From positions 7,378,001-7,442,000 of the forward strand of contig JBHGNT010000010.1 of NCBI GenBank assembly GCA_043228905.1: a stretch of 64,000 bases of DNA, in the 5' to 3' direction. Positions 25,748-37,978 of the stretch are shown one piece after another. Source of the DNA: Azolla caroliniana. Taxonomy: Eukaryota; Plantae; Polypodiophyta. The position numbers and the translations under genes were made by a program. How positions within the stretch are numbered: position 1 is the first letter of the stretch; the number at the start of each line of letters is the position of its first letter. The notes beneath the pieces are model-generated. The model did no database searches and had not been told where the DNA came from. It saw only the letters and a list, made by a program, of their open reading frames with translations.

Positions 25748-26684
25748 ATGAGGTATCTAAGCAATTCAAGGACTATTTATGAATGTGTTATATACGTTAT
25801 AATACAATCTCCAAGGGGTGCACCAGTTCTCTTGGTTAAAAAGAAAGAGGGCACATGGCGTATGTGTATTAATTACCGATGCTTCAATAAAGTGACGATC
25901 AAGAATTTGTATCGATTGCCCCGGGCTGACGATCTAATTGACCGTCTCCAGGGAGCTCGGTATTTTACGAAACTTGATCTCTGTACTGGCTACCATCAAA
26001 TTCATATAAGTGAGGACAATGTTCCTAAAACGGCATTTCGTACGTGCTATGGCCATTATGAGTTTTTGGTTATGCCTTTTGGTTTGACCAATGCTTTGGC
26101 TACATTTCAATAAGAAATGAATGACATTTTACAAGAACAACTTGGAAAATTTGTCGTTATTTTCTTGGATGATATTTTAGTTTATACTCATACATTACAA
26201 GAACATACTAAACATGTCCGCTTTGTTTTAGAAACATTGCGTGACAAACAATTTTACACGAAGATCTCAAAATGTGAGTTCTTCAAGAAATCAATTAACC
26301 GAACGAGTTGAAATTGATCCTTCTCGCATCGAGAAAATCAAGCTTTGGCCCACTCTTCGGAATATTCGAGAAGTTCGATCATTCCTTGGTTTTGTCGGGT
26401 TTTTGCGAAAATCCCTTCGTAATTACTCCCAATTGACGACGCCATTTACTGATCTTTTAAAAGGTCAAACGCGTAAGTCTACAAAACCTATTGTGTGGAA
26501 TGCTACACTAGACCTTGCCTTTATGGAACTCAAGGACCTGGTATGCAAGGCTCCTTCACTTCTTTTACCCGATACTTCAAAACCTTTTGAGGTTGAAACC
26601 GATGCAAGCGATTATGCTATAGGTGTTGTCTTATATCAAGATGGTAAACCAATAGCATTCGAGAATAAGAAACTTGATTCTGCT
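25748..26684 (+). pseudogene. chromovirus RT + RNase H start (element D)
   Basis: [40 protein letters not shown]. Confidence 0.9.
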
Positions 26685-26760
26685 TGTTTACGGGTGGGGG
26701 TACTCGGACTCGGCGTTTGCTAATTTCCTAATTTTACATTTCTGTCCTCTGGGCAACACC

Positions 26761-26776
26761 TGGCACGCCCGTGGGA
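26761..26776 (+). promoter_or_regulatory. primer-binding site, tRNA-Arg type (TGGCACGCCCGTGGGA)
   Basis: Lies 2 nt after the left LTR end. Matches the recalled complement of the plant tRNA-Arg(UCU) 3' end with a 1-nt gap. Confidence 0.75.
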
Positions 26777-27018
26777 CAGGACCTTGTCCGTCGGACCCAC
26801 GGCTTACAAAATACTAACAATATTACAAAAATTGCCTTTTAGGGGTGATCCTCGTTTGATTCCTCCTTTAAGATGTCGAGGATGCTTTCGGGGTCCGGGG
26901 TGGTGGTAGGGTGGTCTGGTTGGACTGTCGGTGCGGGGGGTTGAGTTTGGTTCGGGGGTGGCATATCTTCTCGGACGTCCGCCTCAGGTGCGACCGATTC
27001 TTCTGGTGGGGGTGGGGG

Positions 27019-30000
27019 TTAGTGGGCGCTGACCTCTACTTCGACAGGCTCTGGTACCGTGTGGGCGTCCATGGGATGTCTGTTGGCCGGGGCAAGTTCC
27101 TCCTGTGCCGTGTCCGTGATCTCCTTGCTGGGAGGTTCTTCTTTCTGCTCTGTGGCCGTTGGAGGGCTGGTGGGGATGGCTGCGAGTCGTTGTCGTTCGA
27201 AGGCTTCTGCTTCCAGGCGAAACAACATCTGACCGTCATTGAAGTCCTCCATTATTTGCTCGATTGCCGCGGTGTGAGATTTTGCCAAGGACTTGTAATC
27301 CTCGGTTAAATCTGCACGCAGGTTTTGAATGCTGGCTTCGTCCATTTTGTAGAAGCCGCAGCCCTCCTTCCGTCGGTTCTCGGCGTCGGCGCTTAAAATA
27401 TGCAATTCGGCAGCTTGGGCTGCCCATTCGTCTCCTGCGCGACCTAATGTTTCCTCGACCTTTTTGGTAAGGTGCTGGCGCTGTTTCTCGATCAGTATTC
27501 GGATGCGTGTCTCATCCATGCCGGGCTATGCTCAGATGGCTGCTAATTCCTGTTTTAAGCCGTCGACCTCGGCCTGAATCTTCTGTGTTCTTAACTCATA
27601 GATGGCCTGAGTGTTCTTTGCATCCGCGGTTACGAGCTGGAGAGCCTACTCGTAACGCTTGGTGAGTTTTCGGTGGCCTGCTCCCGTTCTTTCTGACACA
27701 TGGCCCGGATTTGTTCCCGTTCGACAATTCTCTCTTCTTGTAGGGAGAAGTAGGAATCCGATAAGGCGTCTTTTTGCTTTGAAAGTAGCTTGCATTTGAT
27801 GAAAAACTCGTCAGCCATCTCTTTAAGGGTTGTACGCTGACTCTGCAGCTCGGCATTCTCCGGGTTCATCCTCTCCTCCTGTTGGCGATTTCTTTCCTCC
27901 TGCCGCTGGTTCCAGTCTTTTTCATTGTCAAGCGCGGCCTGTAGGTCTAGAACCTCCTTCTCTTTCTTCACCACTGTGGCTGCGTATTCCTCCACCTTGC
28001 TTTTGAGTTCGGCTTCCTTGCCTGCGGATTGCGCTTGTACCCAGCCCAGTGCTTCGTTCTGCTCGTGTATCCTTTGGTCGGCCTGGGCTCTTATCTCGGC
28101 CATCTGCTTGGAAGCTTCTTCTTTTAGGCGAGCCATCGCCTCTTGATGCCGTTGTTCGTGTCTCTCGGTTCTCCGTTGTTCTTCTTTAAGCTCCGCACGG
28201 TAATCCCGGAGCGGGGGTTCTGTCTGAGTTGCCACCTCCTATGGCGCACGAGGTGGGGATATCTCGGTCTGCTCCATGGGCGTGGCCGCCTCGGTTGTTG
28301 TGCAGGCATCGACCATTTGTAACGAGTCCGTTTGTGTACTGGCCTGCACCTTCAGGATTGAGTCGGTGATGGTGCTTTCATCCATGATTGTTATGCGTGG
28401 AGGCGCTGGGAGGGCCTCGGTGGTCGTTACCGGAAGGCTCGGGAGTTGTTGTTCCGGCCGGTTTTGCTCCCAGGTTGCCAGCTTCTGGTTCACAGCGTGC
28501 CATAGTTTTGTAGCCATCTTAGCCTGTTTTTGGGCTATTTTTATCTTTCGGGCCATATTTTTGGCTGCCCGCGTAGTGCGATCCAGGTCCCGATATGCCT
28601 CGATAAGGGCCGTGTTCAACTCGGGGACCTCCATGAGGAGAGTAGCCTATTTTGCCTGCTTCTTCCTCCCGATTTTTTGTAAAGCACTGTCCTCCTGGGG
28701 CTCAATTTCACCTATTAGCGTGCATTGAATCATTTTTGTTTCGGCATGCTCTTCCGCCATTCGAGCGACTGCCGCAACTTGGACTCTGGCGAGGAAGTCG
28801 ACCAACTCGAATGACGTACCGAGGCGTAGGAGCACACTAAATTCGTAAGCCTCCGCGGGGAGGTCCTTATACCCGAGGACTTCATTCTCCGAGATCTGTG
28901 TTGTCTGCCCGTGCTCGATCGTTCCCTAGTTAAGCGATGCCTCCGCAGGGGTGATGGCCAGGTTGCTCTATCTGACCACTAAGGCTTGCTCCTGTTGTGG
29001 CTCCTTCCGTTCTTCCGAGGACTCGCGGTTGAGTCGTCTTCTCTTGCTTGGCTGTGTTTGGGGTTCCGGGGCCGGTAGTGTCGTTTCCTCTACCTGCTTC
29101 CTTTTCTGGGGTCGTGGTGGTGCAACCTACTATGTGTTGGGGCGTGGGCTAGGTCCTGAGGACATTACCGAGGGGCGCGACGTTGGCTGTTGAATGGTGA
29201 CGTCATCGGCCGCGTTGTCTTCCGCGGCTACCTCCTCCTCCCATTCTTGGCAGGTCTCGGAAACTACCCTTTTTTGTTGGGGTTGGGCGGGTGGTGGTGC
29301 AGATGCGGTTTTTTGGTCGGCGGCAGGTGGTGAAGGCGATGTGGGCTCCTCCCATGCTTCGTGGCTGATGGCCACGAATTTCTCTCTCTGTCTTCGTGGT
29401 GGTGGTGGGAACGTGAGTGTGCGAGGGGAAGGAAGCGAAGAGGGTGGGTATAGAACCATCAAAAAGTGGGTAAGAACAGACAACATCTTCTTACCGGACT
29501 GAAATGAAGCTAAGGCGGCGCGGAGTCCCTCACTTGTGATGATTCCCCAATCGATTCTGTTTCTTTCATACGCGCTGATGATGATGGTTGCCTTGTTCTG
29601 CGGCATGCTCGTTGGGTTCGTATGCACAAACGCATACTCCATCAATATACGAGCAATCTCCCAGAAAGCTTTCTTGGGACCACCATACGTGCGATATGCC
29701 TTCCCTATGGCTGAGTACTCACCGAAGTATGCCTTCATCTTTGATGCCGGGGGTATGTCGACCTCATGGTCCCCTCCCCGTTGCAGGTCCAAAACAGCCC
29801 GAAGCACGTTGTTGGTGATGGCTTCGGGACTTATACGTTTAGCCACAGTTTGGGCATCTGGGTGCGTGGGGGCATCAATGATCTTTAGGTAACTGCCCAT
29901 TCCTCGTTCCTGGAGCCAGGCGCGGGTTTCTGTTGAGGCGGTAAGAGGCATGGTGGAGATGGAGGCGGGGTTGGACTGTGTGGAAGCGTGAAGCAAAGTG

Positions 30001-30251
30001 ATGAGGCGAGGGCGAGCCACAGGAGGAACAGCAGGAAGGGGAAGTCCAGCAGAGAGGTTATGAGAGCGAAAGAGGGCTTGAGAGCAAGAGCGCTTAGCGT
30101 GATGAGGGCGAGACGGGGTTTTTGATCTTGAGAGCGATGGAGATGGGGAACGATAATGGTCTGTGCTGCGTTTTGGAAACGGTTTTAGTAACTTATTCCT
30201 AGGGTTTTGTGCCTGAAGCGAATCCTGAAGATTCTGAGTCGTGGGTGCCAT
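27019..30251 (-). pseudogene. large accessory ORF of element F (Pro/Ser-rich N-part, globular segment, long coiled coil), broken by stops
   Basis: Track ORFs 29130-30251, 28647-28835, 28239-28634 and 27630-28235 share one frame; 27019-27519 follows after a frameshift. E/Q/K/R heptad-like composition. Confidence 0.7.
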
Positions 30252-30475
30252 AATAAGTGACTAGCACCACGTGTCTTGAAGGTGAGTGGGGTGCTTCTAG
30301 TGCTTTGCATGTGCTTTGCATGTGTGAACAGCTTAAATAGGTACTAACTGAGTGGTGGCGAGGGGTGCTCCTAAAATTGTGGCTGCCTAGGTGGGTGGTG
30401 TAGGTGTAGCTAATCAGTGGCCTAACTATGGTTAATCCTACCTACTACTACTTTTATTAATTTCAAGAAGGTTAT

Positions 30476-33400
30476 TCAGGGGGACACGTGGCGTCCTCCG
30501 TGGTGATCTCCCGAGTCTTGTTTGTGCCGTGTGGCTCGGTAAACGGGTTGGGTGTCGAAGTCGAAAACCATTGGCCCAGCTTTTGACCGTGTCGCCGGCG
30601 AGTGTGCCGAGCTGGAACATCCTGTTGAACTTGTCGATAATCCAGAATGGACCGGTCCACCGAATCTTAATTTTCCCGGCATTGACCCGAGTCGTGTTTG
30701 GAAAAGAAGAACTGGTTTGCCGATGGTGAGCTCCTTCTCCAGCCCATGTCGATGTCGATCCACGAAAGCCTTGCGTTGCCGTTCCCGTTGTTCGAGCTGG
30801 GCCATACTCTCTATCCTATCTTCCCCGAGTTCGAGGAGTTGTTCCAGCCGGTATTGCTCGGATTCGGCCTCGGGGAGCCGTGCTTTGACTTGAACTCGGA
30901 GGCTCGGGACTTGGAACTCGACGGGCATTACGGCTTCTAACCCGAACGACATTCGAAAGGGGGTCGATTGGATGCTTGTTTTGAAAGTCGTACGATACGT
31001 CCACAACGCGCTTTGGAGTTTATCATCCCAATCGGTCCTGTTTTCATTGATGATCTTCTTCAGTATGGTTTGGAGGATTTTATTGGTCGATTTGGCCAAG
31101 CCGTTTGCCTGCGGGTAGTATGGTGTGCTTTTCTTGTGCACCACCGCGTAGTGGTGTGTAAGCTCACGTATTATATGATTGATGAAGTGCCCACCTTGGT
31201 CACTAACGAGCTCGATTGGACATCCGTAATGGCACCAGAGGTGCTCGTACACAAATTTAGTCGTGGATGCCGCCGTGTTATCTTGGAGTGCCTTAGCCTC
31301 GACCCATTTGGTGCAGTAATCCATGGCAACGATAATATACCTATTCCCTGTTCGGGCCGCGGGTGGTTTGAAAGGGCCTACAAAATCCAAACCCCATTTT
31401 TGAAATGGGTCCAATGGAAGAATCGGCTGGTGTGGCATCCGTGACTGTTCCATTGGTTGCCCCAGACGTTGGCACAAATCGCACTGCCAACAAAACTCGT
31501 GAGCGTCTTTCTTCATTGTTGGCCACCATAATCCACTTTGCCAAAGTTTCCTTGCCGTGGAATCCCCGGCGTAGTGTCCCCTAGCTACTCCCTGGTGGGC
31601 TTCCTGAAGAACGGCGTTCTTCTCGAATTGCCGAATCGCTCGGCGCCATATGCCGTCCGAGCCTTTGTGGTAGAGAATGTCCGAGACGAGGCAAAAATTC
31701 CGGCTACGCACTGCTAGGCGTTTTCTCGTGTCAAGGGGGGTCATGTGCTCGGGAGGTACATCGGTAGTGAGAAAATGGGTCATCTCCGTGATCCATTCAT
31801 CTCCGTTATCGTCTGGTACCGTGGTCAGGTTAAATAGGCTGGCGTCCGGTAGCTCGTCGTACGTTGTTTTCGCCGGTTCTCCTGACTCAAGACGGCTCAA
31901 GTAGTCGGCGACGACATGTTGTACCCTGGGTCGATGCTGAATCTGAAAATCAAACTCTTGTAGTAGGAGCATCCACCGAGCCAACCGTCTGGTGAGGGCT
32001 TGTTTATTGACCAAATAAAGAAGGGCTGAGTGATCCACGTGAAAGGTAAATTTTCGGCCCAAGAGGTAATGCCGAAATTTATTGATGCTATAAATCATAC
32101 CGAGGGCCTCCCGCTCGGTGGTGGAGTAATTCTTTTCCGCGGTCGAGAGCCGTCGGCTTGCGTAGTACACGGGCCTATACCAATTCGGGGGTGTGCATTG
32201 CATCAGAGCACTTCCGATGGTGATGTCCGAAGCATCTACGAAGACATGAAACGGTTCGAACCAAACCGGAGACTGGACCACCGGGGCATGTGACAACATT
32301 CGTTTTAGGGTCTGATAGGCCATGTCCTCGATTGACGTCCATTGGAAAGGAAGGCGATGGACTGCCGCGTGTAAGGGTGTCGCGAAATCAGCCAAGTGTC
32401 GTATCATTCGGCTGTGCCACCGGATCTGTCCCAAAAAACGACTTAGTGCCTTAGCGTTCGAGGGTGCGGTGGCATTCAGGATTTCCTTTACTTTATCCGG
32501 GTCCATAGCGATGCCTTCTTGACTGACAATGTGGTCGAGAAGGTTGCCGCTGGTGACTAAGAACGCGCATTTCGCCGGGTTTAAACTCAATCGAGCTTGG
32601 CGACATCGGTCCAGGCAGAGTCGTAATTGGGTCATGTGTTCCCGTCGATGGCCATACACGGCGAAATCGTCGAGAAAGACTTGCATGAACGCCGGGATGT
32701 AGTCATGAAAGATTTCGGTGATGATGCGCTGGAACGTAGCCGGCGTCGTTTTTAAACCGAACATCATAACTTCTACTACAAAAACACCCCATTCCATGAC
32801 GAAAGCGGTTTTCTCCGGATCCTCCGGGTGCATTCTTATCTAGTTATAGCCGCTGAACCCGTCGAGGAAACTGTAGCATTTGTGGCCGGCGACCGTCTCG
32901 AGGACGCTATCCGTGAATGGTAGAGGGAAACCGTCGGTGACTGTTGCTGCGTTAAGCTTCCGATAGTCGACGCAGACGCGGATTTTTCCGTTCTTCTTTG
33001 GGACCACTACGATCGGGCTCAACCATGTAGCCCGTTTAATAGGGCGAATGAAGCCCACTCGGAGTAGTTTGTCAATTTCCTCTTTGACTTTAGCGGCGTA
33101 GTTCGGGTTCATCCTGTAACGCCTTTGCTGAACCGGCCGAGTCTCGGGTAAGATGTGAATTTGATGTTGGTAGTATTGAGGATCCAGCCCCTTCATATCG
33201 GTGTAAGACCAAGTGAAAACATCCTGGTAGTTGGTGAGTAATTTTACAAGGCATGCCCGTTCGCCGGTTGGTAGATTATTAGCAATTTGTACCGTACGGG
33301 GATTCTCATCCGAACCGAGGTTTATTGTTTCCAGGGTTGATGCTTTCACTCGTTGTGAAATGGCGAGTTCGCGTTCGAAAGCCTCCCGAGCATGACGTAG

Positions 33401-33559
33401 CTCGGCAACTGTGGTTGCATCGGGTTCATCCTGGGGTGGTGACTCCTCCGTGACTTCCTCGTCTTTAGATGGCTCGATGGTTGGTAAGGCATTGATTTCG
33501 AAGAGAGGGATGATCATGGGATGATCATCTAGGAAGTCATCGACCTCCTCATCGGCCAA
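30476..33559 (-). pseudogene. pol of element F: RT, RNase H, integrase (Athila-like)
   Basis: WLSPIVVVPKKNGKIRVCVDYRKLN, FLDDF, FHVFVDAS, NYSTTEREAL, FQKWGLDFVGP, YYPQANG; one stop near 32840. Confidence 0.93.
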
Positions 33560-33637
33560 CCCGTCGAGTATATGGACCCCTTCCGCGTATAACGGCGAAC
33601 TGTTGAGGGCGACGGGGACTCGTTCTTCAGTGATGAT

Positions 33638-34111
33638 TCAGACTTTTGTCTTCCCTCTTCGGAATGAGATCATGTTGCGTTGCCAATGTTGCTTGATATT
33701 CGTTGTACGCAACCATGGTCGACCTAGTAACATTGGGTAGGCGCCTTGTGTCTCCAGTCGTAACACGACGGCCGAGATCGTGAACATGTGGCCTCCGAGT
33801 GTGAAGTCGAGATGGCGGATTAAACCAATGGGGCGAACAGAGCGGGTGTCGGCCATCCGAAGCCAAAAGGGGCATAGTTCCCATTGATTCAGGCTGAGGT
33901 TGAGACACGTTGACTCACTAATAACGTTTACGCCGGATCCGCCGTCGATGATGCATCCGTGCAACTCTTGTCCCTTAATGATGATTTGCACGGCTGGGTT
34001 CTGAGAATCCATGAGTGGTGGACCGGTTCCTGCTTCGGTGAGGTGTACCGGTGGCGTCACGGGCTTAGTATTGGCCTGGAGTGCCGCTAGGGTGTCCCGA
34101 AATCTCGGCAT
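33638..34111 (-). pseudogene. aspartic protease of element F
   Basis: IIDGGSGVNVI and YPMLLGRPWL. Confidence 0.88.
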
Positions 34112-34207
34112 GAGTGGTAGCAGTTTATGTAGGGGCAGCGAGATGCGGGAGTTGGTAAGAACATCCCATAGCTGGTCGTCCTCCGACGACGTGGATGGTG
34201 CCGAGGT

Positions 34208-35725
34208 TTATGGTACTTCAATGGGCCCGTCCCTCATGTTAGTTTGCATGTGTATGGCATTATTTTTATTGTCCGTGTCGACCCATTCTTTTGCTGCCTG
34301 TCGTACGTCATCCTGGATTTGCCACTGACTAGTTTGCGCTTTACTCCGGGTAGTGACCGTTTGAACATCAGCCATGATATTGTTCATCGTGGGTGCCTTG
34401 CCACGGTTGGTTGTTGGACATTGCGTGGTGTAGTGGCCTGGTTGATTACATTTAAAACATGTCACGTTGGCCGAGCTGCTGGTGTCCGCTCAGTCTGTGT
34501 GTCGAAGCTGTTGTTGTTGATCCTCGGTCTCGTTTGGTGGTGGGTTGTTCCGAGGTGCGTTGGAGTTGCACTGGTCCTGTTGAGGAGCGTCTCGTCGGCG
34601 GTTGTGAGTAGGTCTTCTATTGTTGCGTGTGTTGCAGTTGCCGTTTCGCCGATCAATGCGTGAGTTTCTTCGATCATACCGATCATCGCGATCGTCATCG
34701 TATCGAGCATAATCGTCGTGTTGGTCATCACGATAATAATCACGGCGATTATCACGTTGGTAGTCGTCGTCTCGGCGCCATCGATCCGGGGATCGCGGTT
34801 GGTCGTTATCCTGGTTTCGGTAGATATATCGCTCGTCCTGCCGAGAGTATGTATTTCGTGGCTCGATTTGGCGGACCGGTGCCGCCATTGTGCGGTTCAA
34901 CATATTATATTCGCACTACTCGACCGTGTGAGCTCGAGACTGACAGATCGGACATTGTGGTTGGTGGGGACATTCGAGGGCCAGGTGCCCTGATCCTGAA
35001 CACACAATGCATTGGAGGGCTTGGCGAAAGCGATTGTCCTCTTGGGGAAGAGCATTTTGTAAGGATGTCATCGAGAATGTCGTGTCGTGATGGTTCCGAT
35101 CGAGGGCGAGAACGCGCGCTATGACTTGTTCGATAGTATAGTTGGCGAAATTTGTAAGTGTGAGAGTCGTTCATAGAGGCTCTCTTAAACTGGATAGGAA
35201 AGTGTCCGGTATATGTTGTGCCGAGACATCATCAGCCACTTGACTGTAGAGATCCTGGAACCGGATCGTGAACTGCGCGACCGTTTCATGCGGTTCCTGG
35301 CATATAGAGAAGAATTGCCCGAGCAGTTCCCGTTTAGGCACCTCGCGATGAAAAAGTTTAAGGAACTTTGTGCGCACGATTTGGAAAGTGGTGGCCTCTC
35401 CTATTTCGAGGCGAGAGTACCATCGTACGGCCGGTCCATCGAGGGAGAGTGTGAACTCGGCAATCTTCGAGGCATTGATTTCGGCCGGCGTGAGGCGGTG
35501 CGTGGAGTGGTTAGCCTGCCACGTGGATATGAAGGCACGGACGTGTGACTCTGCGTCTGGTCCGTCGGCATATTGTGGGTATGGGTACGACATGATGTCG
35601 TACTGTGGGTCTTCTAGTAGCACCGGAAAAGGGTTTAGTTCCGATTGATTGACCTCCGGAGGGCTCGACGGGGGTCCTGGTGGTGAATCAACTTGCGATC
35701 GAGTGTCCGGTGGCGAGGATTGCAC
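34208..35725 (-). pseudogene. gag of element F (fragmented)
   Basis: FTLSLDGPAVRWY, QEPHETVAQFTIRFQDL, R/D-rich linker, CFKCNQPGHYTTQC knuckle. Confidence 0.85.
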
Positions 35726-36370
35726 TGGACAAGCCTCCGATTGATCGGGAAAGGATTGGTCAGTGACCGCCGAGTCGGAAGTTCCTTCGACTAGCTCAGG
35801 GCGTCGGGCAGGTGGCCGAGACCTCGTGGTGCGAGAGGGCGCTGTAACGGCGGCTGGTGGTTACCTTCAACGAAGTTCGCTGTGCACTCACAGTTGTAAC
35901 TGGGCATGCCAAATTGTGTTACCCGTTCCTTTGGGTGAACACCTTCGATAGATCTGCGTCTATCTGTCTTCAAGGGTGTGGTACGTGAAGGCTCGTAACA
36001 GAGGCGTCGAGAGAGATACAGGGCTCAAAGAGAAAACACTAGCGAGGTTTTGATAGACGTGGCGGCGTGAAACTCATAGGTATGGATCAAAGCACAGACT
36101 CTTGCAGCAAAATAGGCACAAATAAGATATATTACTATGGCAAAAAAGATTACAGAACACGGCCTATGGCCGGTGACCTTACGAGTTTATCTAATTACGA
36201 ATGACTAAGCTAGTGCTTCCGCCTATAGTTTTCTTCTCCCTCCTCTAAGGTACTGCTCCTCGTTTAAATAACTTTTCCAATAATACACAACCGAGCCGAA
36301 GGTGGCCCGTGATACTCGGACTCGGCGTTTGCTAATTTCCTAAGTTTACATTTTTGTCCTCTAGACAACA

Positions 36371-37281
36371 CTGCTCAATGTCGGTATACCGTTCAAGAAA
36401 AGGAATTATTTGCAGTTATACATGCGCTCAAAACATGGCGCCATTATCTTTATGGAAATCGCTTGTGGTAACTACGGACCACGAGTCCTTGAAATATTTT
36501 TGTGACCAACAAGACCTGAAAGGTCGTAAGGCACGCTTGTGGTAACTACGGACCACGAGTCCTTGAAATATTTTTGTGACCAACAAGACCTGAAAGGTCG
36601 TAAGGCACGATGGGTTGATCTCATCTAGGACTTTGATTTTTCCATACGATATCGTAAAGGTTCCATGAATACTGTCATTGATGCACTAAGTCGCATCCGT
36701 GAAGTTAACATGGTTAGCTTCACTGAAATAACATCAAATCTTTATGATCACCTTCGAGGAAAGTATCCTGATGACAGTTATTTTGTAAAATACTGGGCAA
36801 AAGTTGAGTCTGGAACAGACACCACCACATCCTCGAAGGAATACTTCCACATTGCTAACAGTCTGCTCTACCGTAATGGGAAGGTTTGTGTTCCAGATTT
36901 GCCTGAGCTCAAAAAGAGAATTCTTTTTGAATGCCATGATGCACCCTCAGCAGGGCACCCTAGAATACATCATACACTCGTTCTCATCTCCACTCAATTC
37001 TATTAGCCTAAGATGCGCCTTGACATACATAGCTATGTGACTAAATGTCACCAATGTCAGGTTAACAAAGCCGAGCAACTTAAAGCCGCAAGACTTTTAC
37101 ATCCCTTGGACATTCCCAACAATAAGTGAGAAAGTATATCCATGGATTTTATTGTTAGCCTTCCTCGCACCCAAAAAGGCCATGATGCCATCTAGGTTGT
37201 GGTTGATCGACTAACTAAAATGGCTAGATTTATTGCTACTGAAACCACGGTAACAACTCTTGAATTGGCTTACCAATTCAT
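36371..37281 (+). pseudogene. RNase H end and integrase N-part of chromovirus D, with a 74-bp tandem duplication at 36460-36607
   Basis: Nearly identical to the minus copy at about 19830-20650; ILFECHDAPSAGH. Confidence 0.88.
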
Positions 37282-37381
37282 NNNNNNNNNNNNNNNNNNN
37301 NNNNNNNNNNNNNNNNNNNNNNNNNNNNNNNNNNNNNNNNNNNNNNNNNNNNNNNNNNNNNNNNNNNNNNNNNNNNNNNNN
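37282..37381. other. assembly gap (100 N)
   Basis: Run of N; contiguity across it is unverified. Confidence 0.99.
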
Positions 37382-37975
37382 AAAATTTATAAAGTGTAAA
37401 TGTGATGTGCACTTATGTGCACATACACATGTAGACTAAAGGGAGAGTACATGAAGTACGGGTGTTGTGAGTATTGGGCATAGTGTCTGTGTGAGGAGAG
37501 GGAGTTAAGGCCCCATCAATCTCTCCTCCTAAGATCAAGGCCAAATATTCCCCTATTGAAAGAAGGGGGGTTTGGCCTCTTCTTTATGTAATGTGCCTCA
37601 CCCCTTACTACTATAAAAGGGAGTGAGGGGCTTCCACTTTTTGGGTTTCTTTGGGTTGCCATTACGGTTTCGGAATTTTAGGTTTTAGGATCTCGTTTTA
37701 GGGGTTTCATTGATTTTCTTTTTCTTCTTCTTCTTCTTTTCCCCTATCCGGTTAAGGTTTCATCTAGATGGTTTACATTCGGCCTACGCGGTCATGGTTG
37801 TAATTCATGTGGTGTTTTAGTAATATAATCATTCGATGAATCTTGTCTTGTCTTGTCTCTAATCTTAATCTCTCGAATCTTAATATTTCTCTTCCTTCTC
37901 CGTTGAACTCCCAAGCTTCTCTCCCTTCTCTTACTCCCTAGTCCAAGACCCCCGTGGTCCCGGCCCTTTTCGACA
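37382..37975 (+). mobile_element. 3' part of an LTR (X), probably TGTCGT clade
   Basis: TATAAAA box near 37612; ends ...TTTCGACA; U5 resembles W and Y (CTAGTCCAA motif). Confidence 0.6.
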
Positions 37976-37978
37976 CGT

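Larger units (their letters stand above)
26685..36370. mobile_element. Ty3/gypsy non-chromovirus element F, 5-bp TSD CTGCT; LTR and PBS on +, all ORFs on -
   Basis: TSD at 26680-26684 and 36371-36375. Direct repeats 26701-26758 and 36313-36370 (58 bp, 4 mismatches). Termini TGTT...AACA. PBS at 26761. Confidence 0.9.
20791..37281 (+). mobile_element. chromovirus D, hosting nested elements E and F; runs into the gap
   Basis: Chromodomain tip and PPT, LTR 20912-21368, PBS TGGTATCCGAGC at 21371, gag-protease, RT, RNase H to 26684, resuming at 36371 through integrase. Confidence 0.9.

Noticed and set aside
36460-36607. 74-bp tandem duplication in RNase H as a functional feature
   Set aside because: It shifts the frame, is absent from the sister copy D0, and has CG microhomology; ordinary slippage or repair.
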